In this document: piece after piece, positions 9,022-18,075 of the stretch
How positions within the stretch are numbered: the first letter of the stretch is position 1
Layout of the letters: each line of letters starts with the position of its first letter
Source of the DNA: an uncultured delta proteobacterium
GTDB lineage: Bacteria; Desulfobacterota; Binatia; HRBIN30; BPIQ01
Direction: 5' to 3'
DNA: 64,000 nucleotides
Assembly: GCA_963761335.1 (NCBI GenBank)
Contig: CAVXGR010000018.1
Location: forward strand, 416,001-480,000
Program-made: the position numbers and the translations under genes
Notes under the pieces: model-generated
The model's database searches: none
Told to the model about the DNA's origin: nothing
Seen by the model: only the letters and a program-made list of their open reading frames with translations

Positions 9022-10173
9022 GTGAAGCCGCAGGACTGCGCCATCGCCGGGGTCGGCTGCTCGCGCTTCGGCAAGGTGCCGGGAGTGAGCACCATGGGCT
9101 TCACGCTCGAGGCCTCCCGGCGCGCCATCGAGGACGCCGGAATTTCGCGCGACGACATCGACGGCGTCCTGGTTATGATGCCGGCGATCATGGGCGAGCA
9201 GCACGGCTGGGCCGCCCGGGTGGCCTCATTCCTGGGAATCGAGCCGACCTTCTCGGCGACCATGGACCTTGGCGGTGCCACCGCCTGCGGCAGCGTGCAG
9301 ACGGCGGCGGCGGCGATTGCTGCCGGCTACTGTGGCGCTGTGCTCTGCTGCTTCGCCACGCAGAACTGGCCCCAGGGCGTGATGATGCAGCTCTTCGGCT
9401 CGGAGTTTCAGGTGCCCTATGGCGACGTCGGCGCCATCACCTTCATGGCGCACCTGAAGCGACGGCAGCAGCACGAGCTCGGCCTCCGCGACGAGGCCTA
9501 TGGTGAGATCGCCGTCACCTTCCGGCGCCACGCGGCGCTGAATCCCGAAGCGCAGATGCGCAAGCCGATGACCCTGGAGAATTACATGGGCTCCCGCTGG
9601 GTCGCCGAGCCTTTGCGCCTCTTCGACTGCTGCCCCAACACCGACGGCGGCGGAGCCTGCATCGTCACCTCGATGGAGCGAGCCCGGGACCTCGCCAAGC
9701 CTCCGATTCGCATTCTCGGCGCCGGACAGTCGCACTCCTCCGAGATCATCCGGCCCCTGGGTGCCGATTCGCAGCGCTGGGGCGGCCGCCGCGCCGCCGA
9801 GATGATGTACGCGATGGCCGGGCTCGCGCCCGGCGACGTCGACGTCGCGCAGCTGTACGACGCCTTCACCCCGCGCGTCATTCACGATCTGGTCGCCTAC
9901 GGATTCTGCGCCGCACCCGAGGTGGGCGAATTCGTCGCCGCCGGCAACCTCGCCTTCGGCGGTGCTCTGCCGTGCAACACCGCCGGCGGCCTCATCTCCG
10001 AGGGGCATCTGTCCGGCTTCGGGCACGTGCGCGAGGCGGTGCGGCAGCTGCGCGGCGACTGCGGCGAGCGTCAGGTCCCCGGTGCGGAGATCTGTCTGGT
10101 CACGGGCTACGGCGGTGCGCCCCACGAGGCGCCGCCGACGGTGAGCTACGCGGGGCTGTTGCTGTCCCGCTGA
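9022..10173 (+). CDS. SCP-x-type thiolase-family protein (Ltp-like)
   Basis: AIAGVG, EPLRLFDCC..DGG, DVDVAQLYDAFT, NTAGGLISEGH, EAVRQLRG...RQV. Confidence 0.85.
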   Translation: MKPQDCAIAGVGCSRFGKVPGVSTMGFTLEASRRAIEDAGISRDDIDGVLVMMPAIMGEQHGWAARVASFLGIEPTFSATMDLGGATACGSVQTAAAAIAAGYCGAVLCCFATQNWPQGVMMQLFGSEFQVPYGDVGAITFMAHLKRRQQHELGLRDEAYGEIAVTFRRHAALNPEAQMRKPMTLENYMGSRWVAEPLRLFDCCPNTDGGGACIVTSMERARDLAKPPIRILGAGQSHSSEIIRPLGADSQRWGGRRAAEMMYAMAGLAPGDVDVAQLYDAFTPRVIHDLVAYGFCAAPEVGEFVAAGNLAFGGALPCNTAGGLISEGHLSGFGHVREAVRQLRGDCGERQVPGAEICLVTGYGGAPHEAPPTVSYAGLLLSR

Positions 10174-10188
10174 GGAGGTCGTCTGGCG

Positions 10189-10602
10189 ATGTTCGCCCTG
10201 GAAAAACCCTTGCCCCGTCCCTCGGAGGACACGGCGCCGTACTGGGAGGCGGCGCAGCGCGGCGAGCTGCGCATGCAGCGCTGTGCCGGCTGCGGACACA
10301 TTCGCTTTCCCCCGGCAATTCTCTGCGCCCGCTGCCTGTCGCCGGAGTCGGAGTGGGTCCGGCTCTGCGGTCGCGGCACGGTGTTCAGCTGGATCGTGAT
10401 CCACCAGTCGCAGCACCCCGCCTTCAACGCCGACACGCCTTACAACGTGGCGATCGTCGAGCTCGAAGAGGGACCGCGGTTGCACACCAAGGTGATCGAC
10501 TGCCCGAATGAGGAGATCTTCATCGGCATGCCCGTCGAGGTGGTCTTTGACAAGGTCGCCGACGACACCACGCTTCCGAAGTTCAGACCGGTGCGGAGAT
10601 GA
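10189..10602 (+). CDS. DUF35 Zn-ribbon/OB-fold protein (thiolase partner)
   Basis: P.WEA...GEL..QRC..CG...FPP...C..C; GTVFSW; VELEEGPR; GMPV. Confidence 0.9.
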   Translation: MFALEKPLPRPSEDTAPYWEAAQRGELRMQRCAGCGHIRFPPAILCARCLSPESEWVRLCGRGTVFSWIVIHQSQHPAFNADTPYNVAIVELEEGPRLHTKVIDCPNEEIFIGMPVEVVFDKVADDTTLPKFRPVRR

Positions 10603-10880
10603 AAATGCCAAGCTCATTGAACCTCGCTCTGCAGCTGCGCGCCCTGGCGGTGCGACCATTGGCCCTTGTCGTGCCGGTCGTCGTTTTGCTCATCCTCGGA
10701 CTGGCCGCCTGCAAGGATACCACCCGGGAAATGGCCGGCGGTTCGTCCATCGACGCCCTGCAGCGCGCCAAGACCGTGGCGGCGGGACAGTCCGCGGCGG
10801 CCATGCAGCGCTTTCAGCAGGGGCTGAAGGAAGGCGGCGCCACCGACGACGAGGTCAAGAAGGCGATGGGCGAGGAATGA
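10599..10880 (+). CDS. Small putative lipoprotein
   Basis: ATGA overlap with DUF35; hydrophobic stretch ending in lipobox LAAC. Confidence 0.55.
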   Translation: MKMPSSLNLALQLRALAVRPLALVVPVVVLLILGLAACKDTTREMAGGSSIDALQRAKTVAAGQSAAAMQRFQQGLKEGGATDDEVKKAMGEE

Positions 10881-10920
10881 GCCGGGAGCCGGGCTCTTGC
10901 GGAAGACCCAGCCGGAAGCC

Positions 10921-12756
10921 ATGCGTGCCAGGCGCAAGCTGAAGAGCCCGCCGGTCAGGGGGCGGCGGCCGCGGCGGGCGCGGTCGCGCGATCGGGGCGC
11001 CTCCGTCGACCCGGTCACCGCCGAGATCATCCGCGGCGCGATGGAGACCATCGCCTACGAGATGGCCACCCACGTGAGTCTGACGGCGACCACGCCCATC
11101 CTCAATCAGTCGAACGAGCGCAACGCCACCATCCTCGACGCGCGCGGCTCGCTGGCGGCACTGAGCGTCGGTATCCCGCAGTTCATGCTCAGCTCGACCC
11201 TGCCGGTCCGTTTCGCCCTGGAGTTCTTCGGCGCCGACGGCCTCTATGACGGCGACGTGCTGGTCGCCAACGACCCCTATCACGGCGGCGGACACCTCCC
11301 CGACTACAACATCTTCGCCCCGGTTTTCGCGGGCGGCGAGATGGTGCTCATCGCCTCCATCCAGTGCCATCACGCCGACACCGGCGGGGCGATGCCGGGC
11401 GGATACAACGTCGATGCGCGCGACATCTGGGCCGAGGGGGTGCGTTTCCCGGCCGTGAAGATCTACGAGAAGGGCGTCGAGCGCCGCGACATCACCTACT
11501 TCATGAAGGTGAACAACCGCACTCCGACGTTCATCGGCGACCTGCGCGCCCAGATCGGCGCGGCTCAGCTCGGCGTCCGCCGCCTCAAGGAGCTGATCGC
11601 GCGCCACGGGGTGGCGGCGGTGCGCGGCGCCGCGAACTACATGATTGGCTACGCCGCCCGCCGCTTCAAGGAAGAGGTGGCCAGATGGGCCGACGGTGTC
11701 TACGAGTCCGACACCTGGGTGGATCAGGATCCGAAGGGGAACAGGGACATTCACATCCACTGCACGGTGACCGTGAAGGGCAGCGATCTCACCGTCGACT
11801 TCACCGGCTCCGACACGCGGCAGGACCTGCAGGCGTACTCCACCTTCGGCAACACGCGCGGCTACGTGGTGGCGCAGCTGGCGAGCATGATGGATCCGGA
11901 CATCCCCAAGAACGAGGGCTTCTTCGACTCGATCCGCCTGATCGTTCCAGAGGGCTGCTGTCTCAATCCCTCACCGGACCGCTCGGTGGCGGCCGGCACC
12001 CACCACCCGGGTACGGAGGTCGGCGAGGCGGTCGCCAAGGCCTTGGAGAAGGTCGTCCCCGAGCGCTGCTGCCCGCAGATCTACAAGATGGGTATGCCCA
12101 CGGTGATCTTCGGAACCAATCCGAAGACCGGGCAGCTGTTCATCGATCACTCCGTCGATACCTTTGCTGCCTACTGTGGCGCCGTATACGGCCAGGACGG
12201 CTGGGGGGCGATGAACGTCAGCTTCGGCAACCTCATCCGCGCCACCGCCGAGATCAACGAGAGCCTGTTCCCGGTGCGGCACCTGTCGCGCGACTACGCC
12301 ACTGACACGGGCGGCCCCGGCAAGTGGCGCGGCTGCCCGGGCTCGCTCTACATCAAGGAGCTGCTTTCTCCCTCGCAGCTCTACACCTACGTCGTCGGCA
12401 TCCGTTATCCGATGCCGGGGATCGCCGGCGGCAAGCCGGGAATGCCGAACCGGCTGCGGATTCGCTGTGGCGGCCCGCACGAGCAGGAGGTGGAGACCAC
12501 GGCGTTCTACGTCGAGCACCAGCCCGGAGAGCGCTACGAGTACCGCTACGGCGGCGGCGGCGGCTGGGGCGATCCTCTGGACCGCGACCCGCAGGCGGTG
12601 CTCGACGACGTGCTCGACGAGTACGTCTCGATCGAAGCGGCGCGCCGCGACTACGGCGTCGTCCTGCGCGGCTCGCTCGAGGAGCTGGACCTGGAGGTCG
12701 AGGCGCGCGAAACGGAGAAGCTCCGCGTCCGCATGCGCCGGCAACAGTCTAGGTGA
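10921..12756 (+). CDS. Hydantoinase B/oxoprolinase/acetone-carboxylase alpha-family protein
   Basis: DPVTAEII, NDPYHGGGHLPD, HHADTGG, DTGGPGKWRG, GGGGGWGDPLDRDP..V..DV..YVS.EAARRDYGVV. Start uncertain (10897 or 10921). Confidence 0.85.
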   Translation: MRARRKLKSPPVRGRRPRRARSRDRGASVDPVTAEIIRGAMETIAYEMATHVSLTATTPILNQSNERNATILDARGSLAALSVGIPQFMLSSTLPVRFALEFFGADGLYDGDVLVANDPYHGGGHLPDYNIFAPVFAGGEMVLIASIQCHHADTGGAMPGGYNVDARDIWAEGVRFPAVKIYEKGVERRDITYFMKVNNRTPTFIGDLRAQIGAAQLGVRRLKELIARHGVAAVRGAANYMIGYAARRFKEEVARWADGVYESDTWVDQDPKGNRDIHIHCTVTVKGSDLTVDFTGSDTRQDLQAYSTFGNTRGYVVAQLASMMDPDIPKNEGFFDSIRLIVPEGCCLNPSPDRSVAAGTHHPGTEVGEAVAKALEKVVPERCCPQIYKMGMPTVIFGTNPKTGQLFIDHSVDTFAAYCGAVYGQDGWGAMNVSFGNLIRATAEINESLFPVRHLSRDYATDTGGPGKWRGCPGSLYIKELLSPSQLYTYVVGIRYPMPGIAGGKPGMPNRLRIRCGGPHEQEVETTAFYVEHQPGERYEYRYGGGGGWGDPLDRDPQAVLDDVLDEYVSIEAARRDYGVVLRGSLEELDLEVEARETEKLRVRMRRQQSR

Positions 12757-13501
12757 GAGTCCTTCGGCGCCGCAGGAGGCGGCGCAAAGGCAAGAGCAAC
12801 AGCACCGGCGCCAGCAACCACGCGAAGCCGCCCGGCGAGCGGCGATTGCCGATGGCGCAGCCGTTGCTCGATGACGAGGAGGTGTCGTTGCCGGGTGCCG
12901 GGTAGATGAAGTTGACGCCGGTGATATCGTCGGACTGCGGCGAAGTCAGCCGGGTCGCCGAGAGGTAGATGGTCGAGTTCATCAAGGTGCCGGCTCCCGA
13001 GGCGCCGCAGGCGTCGGAGTGGTCGAGGCCGAGGACGTGCCCGAGCTCGTGCATGGCCACCTCCCGAAAGAGGTCGGCGTTCTGGAACGCCGACTCGGCG
13101 CTGTCGAAGAGGAGATCGGCGTCTGTCAGCTGCCCGGAGTTGCGGTCGTAGCGGGTCACGGTCACGGCGATGGCATCGCCGAAGGAGCTGCCATCGCACA
13201 GGCGATCCGAGAACGCCATGGTGACCACGCCGTCGGTCAGGTCGCACTTGTGGCCGAACGCCGACTGGAACTTGAACAGTGAGGCTGCGACGTTCCAGCG
13301 CTGCATGGCCTCGTTGGCCAGTTGCTGAAACTGCGCCGGAGTAAGCTCGCTGGTGTCGACGGGGGCGACCGCGGACGGCCAGAAGATATTGCGGGCCGTG
13401 CCGCATGGATTATCGTCGACGCGCTCGAGCTCGAAGGCGAACGCCGGAGAGGCCAGCAACAGGCCGATGAGGAGCAGTCGGAGGGACGCCGTCGAAGTCA
13501 T
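12749..13501 (-). CDS. Matrixin-family (M10-like) zinc metalloprotease with C-terminal GC-TM-Arg sorting signal
   Basis: Signal peptide; HELGHVLGLDHS zinc motif; Met-turn (TLMN); DDITGV..IY; C-terminal SSSSSNGCAIG..TM..RRLLRRRR. Confidence 0.85.
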   Translation of the reverse strand: MTSTASLRLLLIGLLLASPAFAFELERVDDNPCGTARNIFWPSAVAPVDTSELTPAQFQQLANEAMQRWNVAASLFKFQSAFGHKCDLTDGVVTMAFSDRLCDGSSFGDAIAVTVTRYDRNSGQLTDADLLFDSAESAFQNADLFREVAMHELGHVLGLDHSDACGASGAGTLMNSTIYLSATRLTSPQSDDITGVNFIYPAPGNDTSSSSSNGCAIGNRRSPGGFAWLLAPVLLLLPLRRLLRRRRTLT

Positions 13502-14088
13502 TGGGCGCTCCCTTTGGAGCGCTGCGCCAGCTGCTGGCGAACCGCATCGAGAAAATCGTTCAGCGGGATGGCCTTGGCGAAATCACCGGGGCGGACCTCA
13601 CGCACCAGTGTCTGGCCGTCCAGCCGGGTCACCGGCAATCCCCCGGCGCTGTGGACGACCGGGCCGTCGGCGCCGTCCGCCACTTCCAGGGCGCCCTGAT
13701 TGAAGCCGACGATCGGACTGATCGCCGTGCCGTTGCGGGCGAAGATCACGTAGCGCTTGCCCGGCGTGAACACCGGCATGCCGGCGACCTCCTCGCGAAC
13801 GTCGCCGACCTCGCCGCCGCCGAAGCGCAGTGAGACCGCGCCGCTGCTGGTGCCATAGAGCGCCTGGACGTCGGTGAAGGTGACCTCCGTCTCGATGGCG
13901 CGTTGCTGCTCGTCGGCCCAGTGCGAGGCGACCCGGTCGACGGTGCCGACGAAGATCAGGTCGGCCTCATTGCACAGCGCGTTGAAATCCTTGGCGATCA
14001 CCGTGGTCGCCTGCGCGTGGCTGCCGATCAGCAGCAGCACCGCGACGGCGCCGAGTCGCAGCACCGTGGTCGAGGGGAATCGTCGCAT
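13498..14088 (-). CDS. Secreted protein, putative TIMP/NTR-like OB-fold domain
   Basis: Signal peptide ending AQA; TTVIAKDFNALCNEADLIFVGTV, GGEVG, GMPVFTPGKRYVIF; 4-nt overlap with matrixin; GGAGG RBS. Confidence 0.7.
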   Translation of the reverse strand: MRRFPSTTVLRLGAVAVLLLIGSHAQATTVIAKDFNALCNEADLIFVGTVDRVASHWADEQQRAIETEVTFTDVQALYGTSSGAVSLRFGGGEVGDVREEVAGMPVFTPGKRYVIFARNGTAISPIVGFNQGALEVADGADGPVVHSAGGLPVTRLDGQTLVREVRPGDFAKAIPLNDFLDAVRQQLAQRSKGSAQ

Positions 14089-14109
14089 TCGGGCAACCTC
14101 CAGCTCTCA

Positions 14110-14138
14110 CTAGTAGAGAACGAGGCGAGCCGCGGCAA
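14110..14138 (-). promoter_or_regulatory. Putative housekeeping-sigma promoter
   Basis: Minus strand TTGCCG-N17-TACTAG. Confidence 0.35.
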
Positions 14139-14185
14139 GCTCTCGCGGCGGCCTTTTGCGAGACGGCGCCGCCGCGGTGAGGGAA

Positions 14186-14536
14186 TCAGCGACCGGAGAC
14201 GTCGCGCAGGATGGCCTGCACGTGCTCGCGGAGAGATCCCGTGCGCGTGCCGTAGCGGCTGCGGGTGCTGAGGGCGACCTCCTTGCCGACGATGTCGGCG
14301 GTGATGAGGTCGGCAATGAACTGGCCGATGGCGCGCTGCATGAACTGGCGGCGGGCACGTTGCCGTGCCTCGCGCTGGCCGGGCGACAGGCCCTTCTCTC
14401 GGTGGCTCGGAAGGTGCTCTCCCATGGTCTGCGACAGCACTCGCCGCAGGCGCAGCTCCCAGCCGGGCGGCAGGGTCACCTGCCACTCGCCGTTCTGCCG
14501 ACCGGGCCGGACCTTAATGGGTTGCGGGCGAGCCAT
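14186..14536 (-). CDS. Hypothetical basic protein (116 aa)
   Basis: Fills the gap between genes on the same strand; AGGGG RBS-like sequence before ATG; less low-complexity than the shadow ORFs. Confidence 0.55.
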   Translation of the reverse strand: MARPQPIKVRPGRQNGEWQVTLPPGWELRLRRVLSQTMGEHLPSHREKGLSPGQREARQRARRQFMQRAIGQFIADLITADIVGKEVALSTRSRYGTRTGSLREHVQAILRDVSGR

Positions 14537-14592
14537 CAGGGATTTCCCCTACCAGTCCGCGGGCACCTTGTCCACGAAATTCGGCGGGCACG

Positions 14593-15582
14593 TCAGGTGC
14601 CGCGCGGTTGCATGCCGGCGCGCCGATACACCTCGTCGATGACGCGCATGTTGGCAATGGCGTCGGCAGCGTCGGTCAGCGGTCGCTGGCCGCCGCGTAC
14701 CGCGGCGGCGAAGGCGCGCAGCTGGTGCGTGTAGGTCGCCTCGCCGCCGACCCGCTCGAAGCTGGATCCTGTGGCGCCGCGGATGCGGAGATAATGGAAG
14801 AGGTGCGGAGCCACCGGATTGAGCACGCGCATCTCCCCCTGAGAGCCGCGAACTCGGGCGCTGATGCGCACCAGGGCCGCTGACAGGAGAGAGCAGCTGA
14901 TGCGCCCCGTGACCTGGTCGCCGAAGCGGAGCTCGGCGGACATGGCACGGTCGACGCGCGGCGACATCAGGCGGGCACGGGCGGAGAGCACCTCCGGCTC
15001 GCCACCGGCGAGATGGCGGACCAGGCTGATGGCGTAGCAGCCGGTGTCCATGGTGGCGCCGCCGGCGAGGTCGTACTGGTAGCGGATGTCTTTGGGAAAG
15101 GGCAGGGGGATGCACATGTGGGCCTCGACGTGCTCGATGCGACCCAGCGAGCCGCTGTCGACGACGGCCTTCATGCGGGCGGCGAGCGGATGATAGCGGT
15201 AATGGAAGGCCTCCATCAGCAGCCGCCCGCTGCGCTCCGCCGCCTCCGCCATACGCTCGGCTTCGGCGGCGTTGGCGGCGAGCGGCTTCTCGCAGAGGAC
15301 ATGCTTCCCGGCCTCCAGGGCGCGAATCGTCCAGGGGGCGTGCAGGCTGTTGGGAAGCGGGTTGTAGACGGCGTCGATGTCCGGGTCGGCCAGCAGGGCG
15401 TCGTAGCTTTCATGGACGACGGCGATGTGGTGCTTGCCGGCGAACTTCCGCGCCCGCGCCGCGTCTCGCGCCGCCACTGCCGAGACGCTCACCTCGGGAA
15501 CGAATCGCGCCGGGCGCACCAGCGCCATGGGCGCGATTCGCGCCGCACCGAGTATCCCGATGCGAAGGGGCCGGGAGGGCAT
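14593..15582 (-). CDS. Gfo/Idh/MocA-family oxidoreductase
   Basis: IGILGAARIA, YNPLPNSLH, GKHVLCEKP, EAFHYRYHP, GGATMDTGCY. Confidence 0.92.
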   Translation of the reverse strand: MPSRPLRIGILGAARIAPMALVRPARFVPEVSVSAVAARDAARARKFAGKHHIAVVHESYDALLADPDIDAVYNPLPNSLHAPWTIRALEAGKHVLCEKPLAANAAEAERMAEAAERSGRLLMEAFHYRYHPLAARMKAVVDSGSLGRIEHVEAHMCIPLPFPKDIRYQYDLAGGATMDTGCYAISLVRHLAGGEPEVLSARARLMSPRVDRAMSAELRFGDQVTGRISCSLLSAALVRISARVRGSQGEMRVLNPVAPHLFHYLRIRGATGSSFERVGGEATYTHQLRAFAAAVRGGQRPLTDAADAIANMRVIDEVYRRAGMQPRGT

Positions 15583-15626
15583 GCGCGCCGGCGGGGCACC
15601 CGGACCGCGGGCTTGCGTGCCCGCGA

Positions 15627-16736
15627 TCAGAGCTCGGCGGCTCTCCGCTCCGCCTCGGGCCGATGCTCCGCCAGCGTGGCGGCGTAGACCTCGGCGCGGC
15701 TCTCGTTGTAGATCTGTCGCAGCAGGGTCAGCCCCGGCCGCAGCTCACGCCGCGCCAGGGCGTGAATACAGCGTTGGATGCGCCGATTGAGCGGCGCCGG
15801 CATCCTCTCCTGCTCGGCGCGCACGACAACCTCGCCGTTGAGGAAATCGACGGCGGGCTCTCGCCCGCGCTCGATGGCCACCAGCATCGAGGAGCGCAGC
15901 CGGCGGAACTTGGCCCCGACCGCCAGCAACATGGCGTGCTTGGCAAGCAGGGAGGCCGAGCCTGCCTTGAGAACATCGGCCGGAGTGAGGGCCACCCAGT
16001 CGAGATCGATCGTCCCGGCGACCTTTTCGAGCTGTACGTCGCGCTCGCGCGCCACCGCCACGGCCTCGGTCATCGCCTCCAGAGCCAATCGCCGCACGAA
16101 GCGGTAACGCACCAGGGCTCCGAGGCGGTCGCCGCCAATGGTGCCGAGCGAGCTGATGGCGCAGTTGATCGCCAGCTTGCTCCAGCGGGCGCCGCGGAGG
16201 TTATGGGTGACGTCGACCTCGCCGATCGCATCGAGCAGCGAGCTCAGGACCGCGAGTCGGCGGTCGCCGACACCGTCCAGCCGGCCGATGACGAAGCCGC
16301 CGCCGGAGGTTCGATCGTAGACCCCCGGCTGCAGCATGGAGCCGCCCCAGGCGACGATGGCGCCGATGGTGCGCTCCGCGCCAGCAATCGGCGCGACGCG
16401 TTGCTCGCAGAGGCCGTTCTGAAAGCAGACGATAGCACCGTCGGGACGCAGACGGGGCAGGGCGGCTCGAGCCGCCTCCGCCACCTGCGGCGGCTGTGTC
16501 ACCAAGAAGACGAAATCGAACTGGCCCGCATCGGGGGGAATCTCGGTGAAGGCCGTGCCGGGGATGGTGCGAGAGGAGCCCTCATCTCGGATCTCGAAGC
16601 CGCGGGTGTTGATTGCGGCGGCGATCTCCGGGTTGTGCGTCACGGCCACGGTCTCGCAGCCGCGCTCGAACAGATTCCCGGCAATGATCCCGCCGATGCC
16701 ACCACAGCCCATCACCAGTACGCGCGTTCCTGCCAT
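15627..16736 (-). CDS. panE: 2-dehydropantoate 2-reductase (ApbA/PanE family)
   Basis: VMGCGGIGG, CFQNGL, WSKLAINC, SSML.AIERGR...VDFLNGEVV; start at 16736. Confidence 0.75.
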   Translation of the reverse strand: MAGTRVLVMGCGGIGGIIAGNLFERGCETVAVTHNPEIAAAINTRGFEIRDEGSSRTIPGTAFTEIPPDAGQFDFVFLVTQPPQVAEAARAALPRLRPDGAIVCFQNGLCEQRVAPIAGAERTIGAIVAWGGSMLQPGVYDRTSGGGFVIGRLDGVGDRRLAVLSSLLDAIGEVDVTHNLRGARWSKLAINCAISSLGTIGGDRLGALVRYRFVRRLALEAMTEAVAVARERDVQLEKVAGTIDLDWVALTPADVLKAGSASLLAKHAMLLAVGAKFRRLRSSMLVAIERGREPAVDFLNGEVVVRAEQERMPAPLNRRIQRCIHALARRELRPGLTLLRQIYNESRAEVYAATLAEHRPEAERRAAEL

Positions 16737-16896
16737 TGTCAGCTGCTCCCGAAATGTCGCTGGTCGCGATAGGTGTTCATCATGCCGGTGAAGGCCGCGG
16801 GGCACAAGCCCGGTAGTCGCCGCGCGGAAGAGCGTGAAGAGCGTGAAGAGAAGGCGAATGTCTTGACTGGCGATGTGGGTACCCCATGATGGAGGG

Positions 16897-18075
16897 ATGA
16901 AGGGCAGGCTGCTGCGGTGGCATCGGGATTGCGCCCTGTTTCTCGGGCTGATTCTCGCTACCGCCGGAGGCGTTCATGCCTCCGGGGGGCTCCCGCTCGA
17001 CGAGATCAAGCTGCCGCAGGGGTTCCACATCGCCGTCTACACCGCCGATGTGCCCAATGCGCGCTCGATGACGCTCGGAACGAAGGGCACGCTGTTCGTC
17101 GGTACCGGCAGCGAGGGCAAGGTGTACGCGGTCGTGGATAGCAACCGCGACGGCAAGGCGGACGAGGTGATCACGATCGCCAGCGGTCTGAGCATGCCCA
17201 ACGGTGTCGCCGTCCGCAACGGTGCGCTCTACGTCGCCGAGGTCAACCGGGTGATTCGTTACGACGACATCGAGGCGAGGTTGAAGGACCCGCCCAAGCC
17301 GGTGGTGGTGAACGACTCCTTTCCCAGCGAGACGCACCACGGCTGGAAGTTCATCGCCTTCGGCCCCGATGAGCAGTTGTACGTTCCCGTCGGGGCGCCC
17401 TGCAACGTCTGCGGAGTCAAGGATCCGTTCGCCAGCATCATGCGCATGCAGCCGGACGGCAGCAATCTCGAGGTCTACGCCCGGGGGGTGCGCAACACGG
17501 TCGGCTTCGATTGGGATCCGCGGACACACGATCTGTGGTTCACCGACAACGGCCGCGACTGGCTGGGCGACAACCTGCCGCCCGACGAGCTCAACCATGC
17601 GCCGCGCGCCGGGATGAACTTCGGATTCCCCCACTGCCACGGCATGGACATTCTGGATCCGGACTTCGGCAAGGGGTACTCGTGCAGCGAGTTCACGCCG
17701 CCGGCGTTGCCGCTCGGACCGCACGTTGCTGCCCTCGGCATGCGGTTTTACACCGGCTCCATGTTCCCCCCGGAGTACCGCAACCGCATCTTCATCGCCG
17801 AGCACGGCTCCTGGAATCGCAGCACGCCGATCGGCTACCGCGTGATGCTGGTGCGACTCGGGAAAGAGGATCGCGGCTCGCCGTTGACCGTGTTTGCGCA
17901 GGGTTGGCTGCAGGATACTCATCATTGGGGTCGCCCAGTCGACGTGCAGGTGATGCCGGACGGCGCCCTGCTGGTCTCCGACGACGAAGCGGGAGCGATT
18001 TACCGCATCATTTACAACGGCGGAGAGGTTCCGGTGCCGTCTCCCGCGGAGACGCGTCCGCCTGGCGCACCATGA
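16897..18075 (+). CDS. Glucose/sorbosone dehydrogenase-family (PQQ-type) periplasmic beta-propeller protein
   Basis: GGAGGG RBS; signal peptide; LPQGF.I.VY, HHGWKFIAFGPD..LYVPVGAPCN, GVRNTVG, EHGSWNR, GRPVDV..PDGALLVSDD. Confidence 0.85.
   Translation: MKGRLLRWHRDCALFLGLILATAGGVHASGGLPLDEIKLPQGFHIAVYTADVPNARSMTLGTKGTLFVGTGSEGKVYAVVDSNRDGKADEVITIASGLSMPNGVAVRNGALYVAEVNRVIRYDDIEARLKDPPKPVVVNDSFPSETHHGWKFIAFGPDEQLYVPVGAPCNVCGVKDPFASIMRMQPDGSNLEVYARGVRNTVGFDWDPRTHDLWFTDNGRDWLGDNLPPDELNHAPRAGMNFGFPHCHGMDILDPDFGKGYSCSEFTPPALPLGPHVAALGMRFYTGSMFPPEYRNRIFIAEHGSWNRSTPIGYRVMLVRLGKEDRGSPLTVFAQGWLQDTHHWGRPVDVQVMPDGALLVSDDEAGAIYRIIYNGGEVPVPSPAETRPPGAP

Noticed and set aside
17511..18071. N-terminal extension of ndh (similar over-extensions on actD, actG-like, sdhA, the histidine kinase and the CLC gene)
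   Set aside because: They overlap real genes in another frame and have low-complexity composition; better-supported starts exist downstream.
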